64,000 nt of DNA from Verrucomicrobiales bacterium (lineage in GTDB: Bacteria; Verrucomicrobiota; Verrucomicrobiia; Verrucomicrobiales; SLCJ01): the NCBI GenBank assembly GCA_046075565.1, contig JBJTQJ010000052.1, positions 75,912 through 139,911 on the forward strand. Reading direction: 5' to 3'. Made by a program: the position numbers and the translations under genes. This document shows, piece by piece, positions 27,453-37,334 of this stretch (positions within the stretch are counted from its first letter, which is position 1; every line of letters starts with the position of its first letter). The notes below the pieces were generated by a model. It had not been told where the DNA came from and made no database searches. It worked only from the letters and a program-made list of their open reading frames with translations.

Positions 27453-27465
27453 TTCTGCGAAACAA

Positions 27466-27512
27466 CCTCAAAATATGGGGGTAAAGTCACGATGGCAATC
27501 ATTATCTTGTGG
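27466..27512. promoter_or_regulatory. Tandem NrdR boxes
   Basis: CCTCAAAATATGGGGG (27466-27481) and AATCATTATCTTGTGG (27497-27512) fit acaCwAtATaTwGtgt; starts are 31 bp apart. Confidence 0.65.
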
Positions 27513-27653
27513 TTTTTGGTCAAATTTCCCAAATGAAATGCAAATAATGTTTAACAATTGAGGAGGTCTTTCGACCTTGCGGCTGGCCCTCATCGGCCGT
27601 GATGCCGGGGCAGGAACCCGGGTCGGAGTGCCCGAATCGCGTTTTTCCTACCC

Positions 27654-27743
27654 GGAGGGACACGATCCCGCAGGGTCGTGTCCGTTGCCCGCGCGAACGA
27701 CAGGCCATGTCGGGCAAGCCGATGACGCGGACCCCGACCCTCC
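27654..27743. repeat. REP-like GGAGGG...CCCTCC inverted pair
   Basis: GGAGGGACACGATCCCGCAGGGTCGTGTCC hairpin with a distal GACCCTCC arm. Confidence 0.45.
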
Positions 27744-27787
27744 TCGTTTTAGGCACCAGAGCCCTCAGGCGCCTGTGCGGAACCGTG

Positions 27788-28456
27788 TCAGCTCACCGGG
27801 CATCCTCCCCTCACCGCCTCGAACTGATGGGCATTGAGCGGGGTCTCGCGGGTGGAGATATTCCACTCCGGTTGCCGTAGCCCGAGGGTGTCGGCGAGTT
27901 CGGAGCCGAGGAAGCCGGCTTCGATGCTGATCTTCATGTCGTGTTTGGTCACGGGATTGAGACGGAAGGGATAAAGAAGAAATCGCATCCAGAGCGACTG
28001 CCGCGCGGGTTCGCGCGCCAGGAAGAACCGGGCATTTGTTAGGCGCGCACCGAGTATAGACAAGGTCCGATCATCAAAGTGGTGTAACATCAGACAAACC
28101 ATGACACCATCAGCATCGGCGAGGGCATCGGAATGGAAGATATTTTCCTGCCGCCATTCGAAGCGGGGGTCGTCCGGCCAATCGGGCGGACGTGGTGCCA
28201 AATCAATGGCGGTGAAATGGATGGAAAAGTCGCGCGACAGGTGGCTCTGCAAACTCCGGGCGAAGGAACCATCACCAGCGCCCAGCTCGACGATTTTCAT
28301 GCCCGGCCTGAGATGTTTCATCAAACGGGTGCGCAACCAGCGGTCATTACCCATGAGTGTATTGATGAACCGGAGGTCGCGCCGGGAAGCAACCGCATCC
28401 GGGTGATCCGGCGGCAAATGGTCGAGGATTTCCGGTTGGGGATTTCTCGTGGTCAT
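27788..28456 (-). CDS. Class I SAM-dependent methyltransferase
   Basis: DLRFINTLMGN, IVELGAGDG, LMLHHF, TKHDMKISIEAGF. Confidence 0.85.
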   Translation of the reverse strand: MTTRNPQPEILDHLPPDHPDAVASRRDLRFINTLMGNDRWLRTRLMKHLRPGMKIVELGAGDGSFARSLQSHLSRDFSIHFTAIDLAPRPPDWPDDPRFEWRQENIFHSDALADADGVMVCLMLHHFDDRTLSILGARLTNARFFLAREPARQSLWMRFLLYPFRLNPVTKHDMKISIEAGFLGSELADTLGLRQPEWNISTRETPLNAHQFEAVRGGCPVS

Positions 28457-28469
28457 CGCTCGGGATCGC

Positions 28470-29450
28470 TCAGGTGATGAACATACAATCGCCGTAGCTG
28501 AAGAAGCGGTAGCGTTCTTTCACGGCCTCGCGATAGGCTTCGAGAATCAACTCGCGTCCGGCCAGCGCGCTCACCAGCATGAGCAGTGTGGATTTCGGAA
28601 GATGGAAGTTGGTCAGCAGCGCGCCCACGCATTTGAACGTGTAGGGCGGGTGAATGTAGATGGAGGTAACACCCGGCCCGGCCTGCGGATGTGCTCCCGG
28701 TTCGGTGGCGGATTCGAGCACGCGGGCGCTGGTGGTGCCAATGGCGACGACACGGCGGGCCCCGGCCATTGCGGCCACGGTTTCATCCGGCACGAAGAAT
28801 TGTTCCGCGTGCATCTGGTGATCGGTGATCGCTTCGGCTTTCACCGGCCGGAAGGTCCCGATGCCAACATGCAAGGTAACAAAAGCGTGCGGGATGGCGG
28901 CGAGGATTTCGTCGGTGAAATGGAGCCCGGCGGTCGGAGCGGCCACCGAACCGGCCGCGCGCGCATAGACGGTTTGGTAACGCTCGCGATCCTCTTCTTC
29001 CTGGGCGCGGTTCATGTAGGGAGGCAGGGCCAGTTGGCCGTGGCGTTCGAGATCGATTTCCATGTTCCACCGGATGCGGCGCATGCCTTCTTCGACCACG
29101 GCTTCCACGGTGCCGGTGGCCCCGGCTACGCTCACCACCGCTCCGGGCCGCATTTTTTTGCCCGGTTTGACGAGACAATGCCAGACCAGCGGCTCGGGCT
29201 CCGCGATCCTCAGGATCTCGATTTTGCCATCCTCGGAGAAAAACCGGGCGGGCACGACCCGGGAGTTGTTGAAAATGCAAATGTCGCCGTCACAAAGAAG
29301 GGATGGAAAGTCCCGGAACATGGCATGGCGGATCGTGCCGGCCGCGCGGTCCACCACCATCATTCGCGATGCGGCGCGGTCCGGCAGCGGGTGAGCGGCG
29401 ATCAACTCATCCGGGAGTTCGTAATCAAAGTCCGACGTTTTCAGGCTCAT
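28470..29450 (-). CDS. queA: S-adenosylmethionine:tRNA ribosyltransferase-isomerase
   Basis: DFDYELP, LPPYM, YQTVYA, SVAAPTAGLHF, TNFHLPKSTL, YRFFSYGD. Confidence 0.97.
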   Translation of the reverse strand: MSLKTSDFDYELPDELIAAHPLPDRAASRMMVVDRAAGTIRHAMFRDFPSLLCDGDICIFNNSRVVPARFFSEDGKIEILRIAEPEPLVWHCLVKPGKKMRPGAVVSVAGATGTVEAVVEEGMRRIRWNMEIDLERHGQLALPPYMNRAQEEEDRERYQTVYARAAGSVAAPTAGLHFTDEILAAIPHAFVTLHVGIGTFRPVKAEAITDHQMHAEQFFVPDETVAAMAGARRVVAIGTTSARVLESATEPGAHPQAGPGVTSIYIHPPYTFKCVGALLTNFHLPKSTLLMLVSALAGRELILEAYREAVKERYRFFSYGDCMFIT

Positions 29451-29540
29451 GCGCCGTATCAATACGACGCATCAGGCCCTGAAGCCAAGGGACATTTTCC
29501 AGATGACGAATTCCCCATCTGATGGCATGGGTGGCTGCCG

Positions 29541-30158
29541 ATGAATGAACCGATCGAAATCACCGTGGCGCGGGGGGCCGAAGTCCTGGCGCGTATGGAC
29601 GCTCTTGCCGAGTTGCGGGTGCGTGTTTTCCGGGAATGGCCTTATCTCTATGACGGCGACACCGCCTATGAACACGACTACCTCTCGACCTATGCGAAGT
29701 GCCCCGAGGCCATCGTCGTGGTGGCCAGCACCGGCGGACGTGTGATCGGGGCATCCACCGCCCTGCCATTGAAGAAAGAACCGGACACGGTCCGCGCCCC
29801 TTTTGCATTGGCCGGCTTGCCCGTCGAGTCTTATTTTTATTTCGGGGAAAGTGTTCTGCTACCCGAGTTTCGCGGTCGGGGCATTGGCGGGAGGTTCATG
29901 GAGGAACGATTGCGGGAAGCGAGCGACACCGGCTACACCTGGGCGACATTTTGTGCGGTCGAACGTGATCCCGCCGACCCACGCCGTCCGCACGGTTTCT
30001 TGGATCTTCATCCTTTCTGGGCCAGCCGCGGCTTCGAAAGACGCGCCGACCTTGCCACCGAATTCCACTGGAAGGAAATCGGAGAAACGGAGTCCACGGC
30101 CAAACCCATGGTCTTCTGGGTGAAATCACTCTCAACCAACCCGCCCGCCCATGGCTGA
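29541..30158 (+). CDS. GNAT family N-acetyltransferase
   Basis: LRVRVFREWPYLYDG, GESVLLPEFRGRGIG. Confidence 0.88.
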   Translation: MNEPIEITVARGAEVLARMDALAELRVRVFREWPYLYDGDTAYEHDYLSTYAKCPEAIVVVASTGGRVIGASTALPLKKEPDTVRAPFALAGLPVESYFYFGESVLLPEFRGRGIGGRFMEERLREASDTGYTWATFCAVERDPADPRRPHGFLDLHPFWASRGFERRADLATEFHWKEIGETESTAKPMVFWVKSLSTNPPAHG

Positions 30159-31014
30159 ATCCTTTCCCATCGCCCTCTCGACCATGGGCATCGAACGCCC
30201 GCTTTGTTACGAGGATGTCGTTCGATCGTTGGAGGCAGAGGCCATGCTCGCCGCCGAAAAAGGAGCGCGCTTGCTGGTCTTCCCGGAATATGGATCGATG
30301 GTCTTGACCGGTTTGCCCGGTATGACAACCGATCCGAATGACGTGCGATCGCAGATCGAAGCCATCCAAGTCTGGCGCGAGCAATGGTTGCAAACCCATC
30401 TCGAACTCGCCAAGAAACACGGGCTCTCCATTATCGCGTCATCGTTTCCATGGCGAGGATCGAATGACACCACGACCAACCGCGCGTGGCTTTGTCATCC
30501 GGATGGCCGGTATGATTTCCAAGACAAACAAATGATGACCCGCTTCGAACGCGAACAGTGGGATATTGCCAGTGGCGGTGGAGGGCTCAAGGTTTTTGAG
30601 GTCGGCGGGATCCGCCTGGCGATCGCGATTTGTTATGACGTCGAGTTTCCTTTGCTTGTCCGCGCGGCGGCGGAAGCGGGGGCGGAATTGATTGTCACGC
30701 CAAGCAATACGGATGGCTGGCATGGCTACTGGAGGGTCTGCACCGGCGCGCGCGCGCGGGCGCTGGAGAACCAGTGTTATGTCGCAATGGCTCCGCTCGT
30801 GGGCGTGGCCGACTGGACGACGGCCATTGATGTGAATGTCGGTATGACCGGTGTGTTCGGTCCGATTGACACCGGATTTCCCGAGGATGGAATTCTCGCG
30901 AAGGGGGAACAAGCGGGAGGGTTGTTATGCGCCGAATCGTTTCCCGCGCGGTTGCGTTCGGTGCGAAGGCATGGGCAAAATCACAATTTCGCCGACTGGG
31001 ATCTTCAACCGTGA
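30151..31014 (+). CDS. Carbon-nitrogen hydrolase (nitrilase superfamily)
   Basis: LVFPEY, QDK, ICYDVEFP (E-K-C triad), ARARALENQ. Confidence 0.9.
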   Translation: MAESFPIALSTMGIERPLCYEDVVRSLEAEAMLAAEKGARLLVFPEYGSMVLTGLPGMTTDPNDVRSQIEAIQVWREQWLQTHLELAKKHGLSIIASSFPWRGSNDTTTNRAWLCHPDGRYDFQDKQMMTRFEREQWDIASGGGGLKVFEVGGIRLAIAICYDVEFPLLVRAAAEAGAELIVTPSNTDGWHGYWRVCTGARARALENQCYVAMAPLVGVADWTTAIDVNVGMTGVFGPIDTGFPEDGILAKGEQAGGLLCAESFPARLRSVRRHGQNHNFADWDLQP

Positions 31015-31068
31015 TGGAAACGGGAGCCCGGGTTTTACGCACAGCAACTCAGTGCTCCTCCGCAAGCT

Positions 31069-32769
31069 TCACTCGTCCTTGAGCAATTCCTTGTAAAGCA
31101 ATTCAAGGGCTTTCTCGTCTTTGGCCGCAGGGTCATCCGGAGTCGGCCCAGGCACCACGGGGCCGGGTTCGCCGCCGGGAGTGGTTTCTCCCGGTGGTGT
31201 CGGGCGCGCAGAGGATCCCTCCTTGTTTCGAGCGGCATCCCAGGCATTAATGCGTTCGCTAAGATCTTCGCCGGGATTGGTCGTTGTTCCGCTCAGGATC
31301 ACGGAGGTCCACGCTGCTGATTCTTCGCCGGGCTTGAAGAAGGGGGGAGGATTTTCCATGAGCGAATCCTGGGAGATGCCGATTTGGATTTGCCCGTCCA
31401 GTTTGCCGTTCGAAGCGATCCTCATTTCGCCGGTCACATACGCCCTGCCGATGCCACGGGCCTTGATCTCGCTGATGCGGGTGCCTTCGGGGGTGAGATT
31501 CAGGACGGCGCTGGTTTCGTCGAAATCGAGTCCGGCCAGTTCCCCCGCAGTTATATCGCCGAGTCCGTTGAGAGCGGCGAGTTCGCGTATTTGTGTCCTA
31601 CGGACAGTGATCGGACCTTCGATGGTCCATGTATTGAGCGGGTCGGAAGTCCGCCATGTCAAACGGAGGCCTTCGGCGTTCAGGGTGCCGGAGAGGTAAC
31701 GGTTGACGTTCTTGGGCAAAATATCCGCGAGGTTGACGTTGTTCAGGTCGAGCAGGAGTTCGGCGGTGGCTCCGGGGGCTGAAGGAATGGTGCCTTGAGC
31801 TTCAATGAAGCCGACGGGGGCATTGGCTGGTTTGTTTTCGACGGGAGCGGCGAATTGGAACGCGCTGCGTTTCAGTTTCGCACCATCGGACCGAAGTTCG
31901 GCGCGAAGAACCTCGATGCGAAGGGCAGGCCAGCCGGGCAAGGTGAGCGTGCCATCGCGACCACCGCCAATTTGCAAATCGAAGTAGGTAGGTGAACCAT
32001 CTTCGGAAGGCCGCTCGAGCAAAGAGAGCCGAACCTTACGCAGTCCGGGAAGCGCATCGCGGGCGGCGGCGGTGGAATTGGCGGGCACCCCGAACACGAT
32101 GTCGGCCTGGGCCACCGTCACGTCGCTGAAGTGGATGCGCTCCGGTTCGTCGGCGAGAAGAAACCCAGCGGCGGTGGCGCGCGCCCGATTCAGGGCAGCG
32201 ACGGCGACCGGAAGAGGCGCGGCAAGACTGACTTTCAGATTCGCGATGGCACAACCTTCCACTTGCCAACTGCCTCCCAGAAATGAACCGGGGTTCAACC
32301 GCATCTCCACTTCCTGAAACTCCGCGGTGCGGATCATGGAACCCGGCTTTCCTTGCATGGCGGCTTGGCCGACCATCAGGCTCAAGGCGCGCAATTTCGT
32401 GTCTTTGATCGCAACGGACTCAAGGTCGAGGTCACGGGTGAGAGTCCGGGCCACACCTTCCTGGAAACGACCGGTGCCGGTGGAAGCAGCCACCACGAAA
32501 TAGGTCACGGCCAGCAAAACGACCAGCGCGGGCACACCGAAATACGCGAGCCGGGAAAAAAAACGAATCCACCGGGGGTCGCGGACCAGTCCGGATTTGG
32601 TCTTGCCCGTGCGGCGGCGTTTCTGGCGGCGCACCGTCACCTTGCCGGTCTCCGGGTCCACCTCGCGTTCCTCACTGCGGACGCGCGAACCTTCCGGGCG
32701 GTTCTCGCGGAGGCGATCCACCATTTCCTGGTAAGAATACTGCAGCTTGGGGTCGCGATCGGCAGACAT
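31069..32769 (-). CDS. Membrane-anchored protein, AsmA-like periplasmic region
   Basis: Basic N-terminus (RRQKRRR), one TM helix, long beta-rich region. Confidence 0.6.
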   Translation of the reverse strand: MSADRDPKLQYSYQEMVDRLRENRPEGSRVRSEEREVDPETGKVTVRRQKRRRTGKTKSGLVRDPRWIRFFSRLAYFGVPALVVLLAVTYFVVAASTGTGRFQEGVARTLTRDLDLESVAIKDTKLRALSLMVGQAAMQGKPGSMIRTAEFQEVEMRLNPGSFLGGSWQVEGCAIANLKVSLAAPLPVAVAALNRARATAAGFLLADEPERIHFSDVTVAQADIVFGVPANSTAAARDALPGLRKVRLSLLERPSEDGSPTYFDLQIGGGRDGTLTLPGWPALRIEVLRAELRSDGAKLKRSAFQFAAPVENKPANAPVGFIEAQGTIPSAPGATAELLLDLNNVNLADILPKNVNRYLSGTLNAEGLRLTWRTSDPLNTWTIEGPITVRRTQIRELAALNGLGDITAGELAGLDFDETSAVLNLTPEGTRISEIKARGIGRAYVTGEMRIASNGKLDGQIQIGISQDSLMENPPPFFKPGEESAAWTSVILSGTTTNPGEDLSERINAWDAARNKEGSSARPTPPGETTPGGEPGPVVPGPTPDDPAAKDEKALELLYKELLKDE

Positions 32770-32800
32770 CGGGGAAAATCAGGAAGCAAGAAAATGGTGA

Positions 32801-35293
32801 TCAGGGCGAGATGGAAGCGGCATTCACCGAGGAAGCATTGAGCGGGCGACCGGATGGATCGAGCACACGCACGGTGAGGAAAATCATCAGGGCCTTCCGT
32901 GAACTCTTGCGGGCATTTGATTTGAAAAGACGTCCCAGGATCGGAGCATCCCCGAGAATCGGGACCTTGTCGTTGATGGTCTCGGACTGTTCCCCGAGCA
33001 TACCACCGACAAAAATGGTCTGGCCATCGTAAACACTGGTGCTCGTCTTGAGGTGGCGGGTCTCAAAGATCGGCTGGATGATCCTGTTTTCAGTGATGAT
33101 AATGCTTGTCGGACGGCCGAGACCATCTATGGCGCCGGAGGTAATCGGGGTGCCGTAATTGACGAAGCCGATGAACTCGCGGTGGGTGATATCCATGTTC
33201 ACTTCCACGAGTTTTTTATCGGCGGAAACAACAGGATCCACTTCGAGAATGGAGCCGACAGGTTTGGAGTCGAAGGCGGCCGGGTTCGCCGGGGTAACAG
33301 GGAAAGTGGTCACCGTGGCCGGACTCAAGAGACCACCGCCGCCGCCACCACCAAGCGCATCGTTGCCGACGGAGTTGGGCAACTCCGGCGGATCAAACTC
33401 GGTCGGGTAGATGAAATCGCGAATCACCTCGATGCGGGCGGGCAGACCACTGCGCGTGGTCACCGTCGGCGCGTTGAGGAAGTCGGTGCCTTTGGCTTGG
33501 GAAATCGCGCGGATGACGACTTGGAAATTCGGCTCGGACAACGCACCGGCGATGGAAAGAATTCCTGGCGCGCGCAGCACACCTTGCGCGAGTTTGCTGG
33601 CGTCCTGCACATCGAGCAGGCGGTCGAGATTCCGTCCGGTGAAAGCGGTATCACCGCTCCGGTTGCCCGCGGTCACCGGGTTCGATCCGACTGGTCCTCC
33701 GCCGGGATAATTGAAAGGATACGTGTTGGGCGCGAGCATTCCCGGGCCGGTGCCCCCGGCAACCGCCACACCATTCGATCCGGTGAAGGCACCGAGCAAC
33801 CAGTCGAAACCGAGTTCGCGCGCGGTTAATTCATTCACCTCGAGCATCTTGGCCTCGATGGTCACCTGGGGATTGATGTTGGACCTCGCCGCTTCGATCA
33901 TGCCCTCCAGCATCTCGTGATTGGCCTGGGAGCTCCGCATGGTCACCGTGCTCGTGCGGGGGTCGAAATTCGCACTCGCCCCCTCCGGGAATGTCAAACC
34001 GGTCTGCTCCAAAAATGTTTTCGCGGAAAGCCTTTGCAGTGCCAAACCACCGCCGCCCGGATTTCCGAAGGGATCACCCGCATCGCCACCGGCTTGGGTT
34101 GGCACATTGGAAATGAAATCCGGGGGAACATCATAGGTCCGCGTGTAAAGCGAGGCATTCGCCGATGCCGGGGGCACGAGCACCACGGCAAATGGCTCGA
34201 CCACCACGGCGAGCCCGGCTTGTTCGGCCAGATAACGCAGCACCGCTTCCAATGGCACGTCGGTGAGGCGGAGATTGATCTCGCGATTGATCACCTGCTG
34301 GGCGAACGGCTCGTCCAAAGAACCGATGCGCAGAATCACGCTCACGCCGCGTGCTTCACCCTCTTTCGCACCACGATCCAACATGCGGGCTTTGGAGACG
34401 ACGGTCTGCAACGCATCGCGGATATCAACTCCTTCGAGCGCGATGTTGTCGATCTGAATCTCGCGCAGTTTCTTGCCGATGGCATCACGAGCCGCCACCT
34501 CGGTGACCTGCCCTTGGGCCTGCGCAACGGTGGCGCGCACGGCGGCGGCGTTTGCCTCGGGGTTTTCCGACGTCCATCCTTGGTCCACCTGCCGGAGCAT
34601 GCGGGCCCGGCTGTGGTTGTAGGCGGCACCGGCATACTCGATGATGGCGCCTTCGACTTTTTCCATGCCCTCGCGGGCCGCGACATTGTAACGATCAATC
34701 CGCAGAACTTCTTCGTAGGTGGCGCGGGCTTCATCAAAGCGTCCGAGATTGTAGTGCGATTCCGCGAGCGTGAGCAAACGCAGGACTTCCTTGCGGTTGG
34801 CCGCCAGTTCCGGAGAGTTCGCGGGAGGATAACGCACGGGATCCTGGATCTCGGCCAAAAGGCGTTTGGCAGGACGGTTGTCCGGATCCATATCAACGGC
34901 CAGAACCCGATCGAGCAACGTTTTGGCTTCGGGGTAGCTGCCCGCGCTCGCCAGACGACCGGCTTCCTCGGTGGCAATCTCCGAAAAAGTATCGCGGGCG
35001 GCCGCACGGGTGGCGAGAGTCATGGGCGACTGCGGCAAGGAAGCACGCGCGGCCGCGAGTTTGTCGAGAGCGATGGCGACTTCCCCCTTCGCGGCCAATT
35101 CTCGTGCCTCAATGGTGGCGGCATCGGCCGCCCGGGTCGCATTGGCGCGTTTCTCGGCCTCGATTTCCGCCATTCCCGCGATGGAATGCGGGCCGGAATC
35201 CGCGATCGGACCAGCCACGACGGCGCACCAAGAGGCGCCCAAGAAAAGGGCAACCAGGAGGTTTCGGGATCGGGTCGTGGGTCTGGGTTTCAT
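32801..35293 (-). CDS. Secretin with TPR region (Amuc_1098-like type IV pilus/T2SS outer-membrane protein)
   Basis: QVTIEAKMLEV...ELGFDW, APTVTTRSG, DKVPILGDAPILGRLFKS. Confidence 0.88.
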   Translation of the reverse strand: MKPRPTTRSRNLLVALFLGASWCAVVAGPIADSGPHSIAGMAEIEAEKRANATRAADAATIEARELAAKGEVAIALDKLAAARASLPQSPMTLATRAAARDTFSEIATEEAGRLASAGSYPEAKTLLDRVLAVDMDPDNRPAKRLLAEIQDPVRYPPANSPELAANRKEVLRLLTLAESHYNLGRFDEARATYEEVLRIDRYNVAAREGMEKVEGAIIEYAGAAYNHSRARMLRQVDQGWTSENPEANAAAVRATVAQAQGQVTEVAARDAIGKKLREIQIDNIALEGVDIRDALQTVVSKARMLDRGAKEGEARGVSVILRIGSLDEPFAQQVINREINLRLTDVPLEAVLRYLAEQAGLAVVVEPFAVVLVPPASANASLYTRTYDVPPDFISNVPTQAGGDAGDPFGNPGGGGLALQRLSAKTFLEQTGLTFPEGASANFDPRTSTVTMRSSQANHEMLEGMIEAARSNINPQVTIEAKMLEVNELTARELGFDWLLGAFTGSNGVAVAGGTGPGMLAPNTYPFNYPGGGPVGSNPVTAGNRSGDTAFTGRNLDRLLDVQDASKLAQGVLRAPGILSIAGALSEPNFQVVIRAISQAKGTDFLNAPTVTTRSGLPARIEVIRDFIYPTEFDPPELPNSVGNDALGGGGGGGLLSPATVTTFPVTPANPAAFDSKPVGSILEVDPVVSADKKLVEVNMDITHREFIGFVNYGTPITSGAIDGLGRPTSIIITENRIIQPIFETRHLKTSTSVYDGQTIFVGGMLGEQSETINDKVPILGDAPILGRLFKSNARKSSRKALMIFLTVRVLDPSGRPLNASSVNAASISP

Positions 35294-35367
35294 CCTCAAG
35301 CGATATTCGCAGTGATCGAACTCTGAACAAAGCCTTTTCTTTCCTCCAACGCAAGCCGCTCTTGCGC

Positions 35368-37269
35368 CTATTTTTCAGGTGATTTGGATTCCGGGATCCA
35401 ACGGTAAATGCGGTTGTCGTGCACCGGGCTTTCGAGCGCCCAGGCGGTGTAGGCCAGCTCGAAGCGCCCGCCATGCTCGACAAAATCGAGAACCTCGGGG
35501 TGGGTGGACCGGGCTTTCGACTCATGGCCGACATAGAGAAACAGCTTTTTCCCCTCCCCATCGGCCTTGGCACCGGCCTCCCGGACCTGTTCCAAGGAAT
35601 CCGCCCAGCGCACGAGCGGGTCGTAGGTCACGGCGTCGCTCCAGAGGTCCAGGGTCACCACTTCCTTGTCGAAATTCGGAAAATCCCCGCCCCGGGCCAA
35701 GCGGACCAGCTCGCGCCCATCGGATTTTCCATGTTTCCAGAAGACCAGAATCGCGGAGACCGACGAAATGGCGAAAACGCAAGCGACCGCCCCCGCGAGC
35801 CAGCGTCCGCGACCGCGTGCACCCCCAAGACCCAGCCCGGCCAACACAATCATGCCCGGGAGGGCGGGAAGGGCATACCACCAGAGCAGGACATTTGCCG
35901 ACAACACCGAGCGGAGGTAAAGCGGCACCAGCGAGAAAAAATGCAGCAGGGCCAACACCAGAACCACTTTGCCGACAGTGGATTTTTTCCACGCCACCCA
36001 GCACCCCCACCCCGCTAGCAGATAAAACGCGATAGCCCCGGCGGTCCGCAGCGGGGAATGGACCGCCCCGGGATTGACGGGATTTTCCCAATCGGCCAAT
36101 CCCCATCCACAGCCGTTGCCGAGGAAAAACAAGGTGTCCCGCCACCATCCGGGGGGAATCGTGCCGACCATGGCGGGGTTACTTTGGAGCTGCTCGCGCA
36201 GTTGAATCATGCCGGGAGTAAGCACCAGACCGGCCGCTAAAGCTGCGAGCAATCCGCCGCCGGCCCAGCGCGTCAGATGATGCACCGCCTCGCGGCGGCC
36301 ACCGATGATCCGCCATCCTGCCAGCATGAGAAAGATGCCCCCTTGGCCCAAAGCCACTGCGATCAAGGAGCCGGGATTGGCCCACATCGCGACCAACTGG
36401 CACATTCCATGCCCGACCCACGCGCTCCAGCGTCCGGACTGCAATGCGGCAAGCAGGAAAACATACCCGGCCATAATCGCCATGATCATGATGCTGTAGC
36501 CCCGCGCCTCCGTGCTGTAGCGCACATGCCATGGATGGATGGCGAGAAGAAGGGCCATGGCAAATCCGGCCGAAGGACTCCCCATGCGCGCCCCGACCAA
36601 ACCGGCGAGCAGAATCGTGGCCAGCCCAGCCAACAGAGGCGGCACCCGCGTCGGCCACTCTTTCACCATGCCATCCGGAGCCCCGGCGGCTTTTTTCCAC
36701 GTGTCGTGGCCCACACGAGCGAGGATACTGTAGAGAAAGCCATTGTTGCCGGTGGAATTGCGGAAGGCGGTCTCCGCCCAACGCGGTTGGCGGAATTTTT
36801 CACCCTTTTCCCCGCAGTTTTTCCATTCTCCGGCGATGATGCGCACGTAGTTGTGCGATTCGTCGTTGTAGAGCGAATGGCCCATGCGGGGCAAACGGAG
36901 TCCGAGACCTAACAACAACGTGAGCAAAATCGCCGGCCAAAACCAGCGCGGGTGCGCGGGCGGATGCTCCAACAACCCAGGCAATTCCGACGGGCCGATC
37001 CACCCCGGCTGATCGAGTTTGGAAAAAAGCCCGGCGCTCGCCGAGGCGAGAGCCGCCACCACCGCGACCGCCACCCCACTCCACCAGAGGCAGGTGGCCG
37101 CCATCGGCTCCACCCGTATTTTCCCCGCTCCTTCAACGGATGCCGCGGCCTCGGCCCAAGCCGTGCGGGCATCGCTGTTGGCAATCAAAATACCCGCCAC
37201 CAGCAAGGCCACTCCTCCCGCCACGATGGCCGCACGGTGGTTGCGGGCTCGGAAGTTCGTTGGGCCCAT
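35368..37269 (-). CDS. GT-C fold membrane glycosyltransferase (GT39/ArnT-like)
   Basis: LRLPRMGHSLYNDE, WHVRYSTEARGYS and many TM helices; start placed after the terminator. Confidence 0.8.
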   Translation of the reverse strand: MGPTNFRARNHRAAIVAGGVALLVAGILIANSDARTAWAEAAASVEGAGKIRVEPMAATCLWWSGVAVAVVAALASASAGLFSKLDQPGWIGPSELPGLLEHPPAHPRWFWPAILLTLLLGLGLRLPRMGHSLYNDESHNYVRIIAGEWKNCGEKGEKFRQPRWAETAFRNSTGNNGFLYSILARVGHDTWKKAAGAPDGMVKEWPTRVPPLLAGLATILLAGLVGARMGSPSAGFAMALLLAIHPWHVRYSTEARGYSIMIMAIMAGYVFLLAALQSGRWSAWVGHGMCQLVAMWANPGSLIAVALGQGGIFLMLAGWRIIGGRREAVHHLTRWAGGGLLAALAAGLVLTPGMIQLREQLQSNPAMVGTIPPGWWRDTLFFLGNGCGWGLADWENPVNPGAVHSPLRTAGAIAFYLLAGWGCWVAWKKSTVGKVVLVLALLHFFSLVPLYLRSVLSANVLLWWYALPALPGMIVLAGLGLGGARGRGRWLAGAVACVFAISSVSAILVFWKHGKSDGRELVRLARGGDFPNFDKEVVTLDLWSDAVTYDPLVRWADSLEQVREAGAKADGEGKKLFLYVGHESKARSTHPEVLDFVEHGGRFELAYTAWALESPVHDNRIYRWIPESKSPEK

Positions 37270-37290
37270 GGCGGGTGCTTTCGGAAAACC

Positions 37291-37326
37291 AAAAACGCCC
37301 GCCGCGAGGGGCGGCGGGCGTTTTTT
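37291..37326. terminator. Bidirectional intrinsic terminator
   Basis: AAAAACGCCCGCCGC-GAGG-GGCGGCGGGCGTTTTTT just after the stop of 37335-39668. Confidence 0.8.
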
Positions 37327-37334
37327 GAGCGGAA

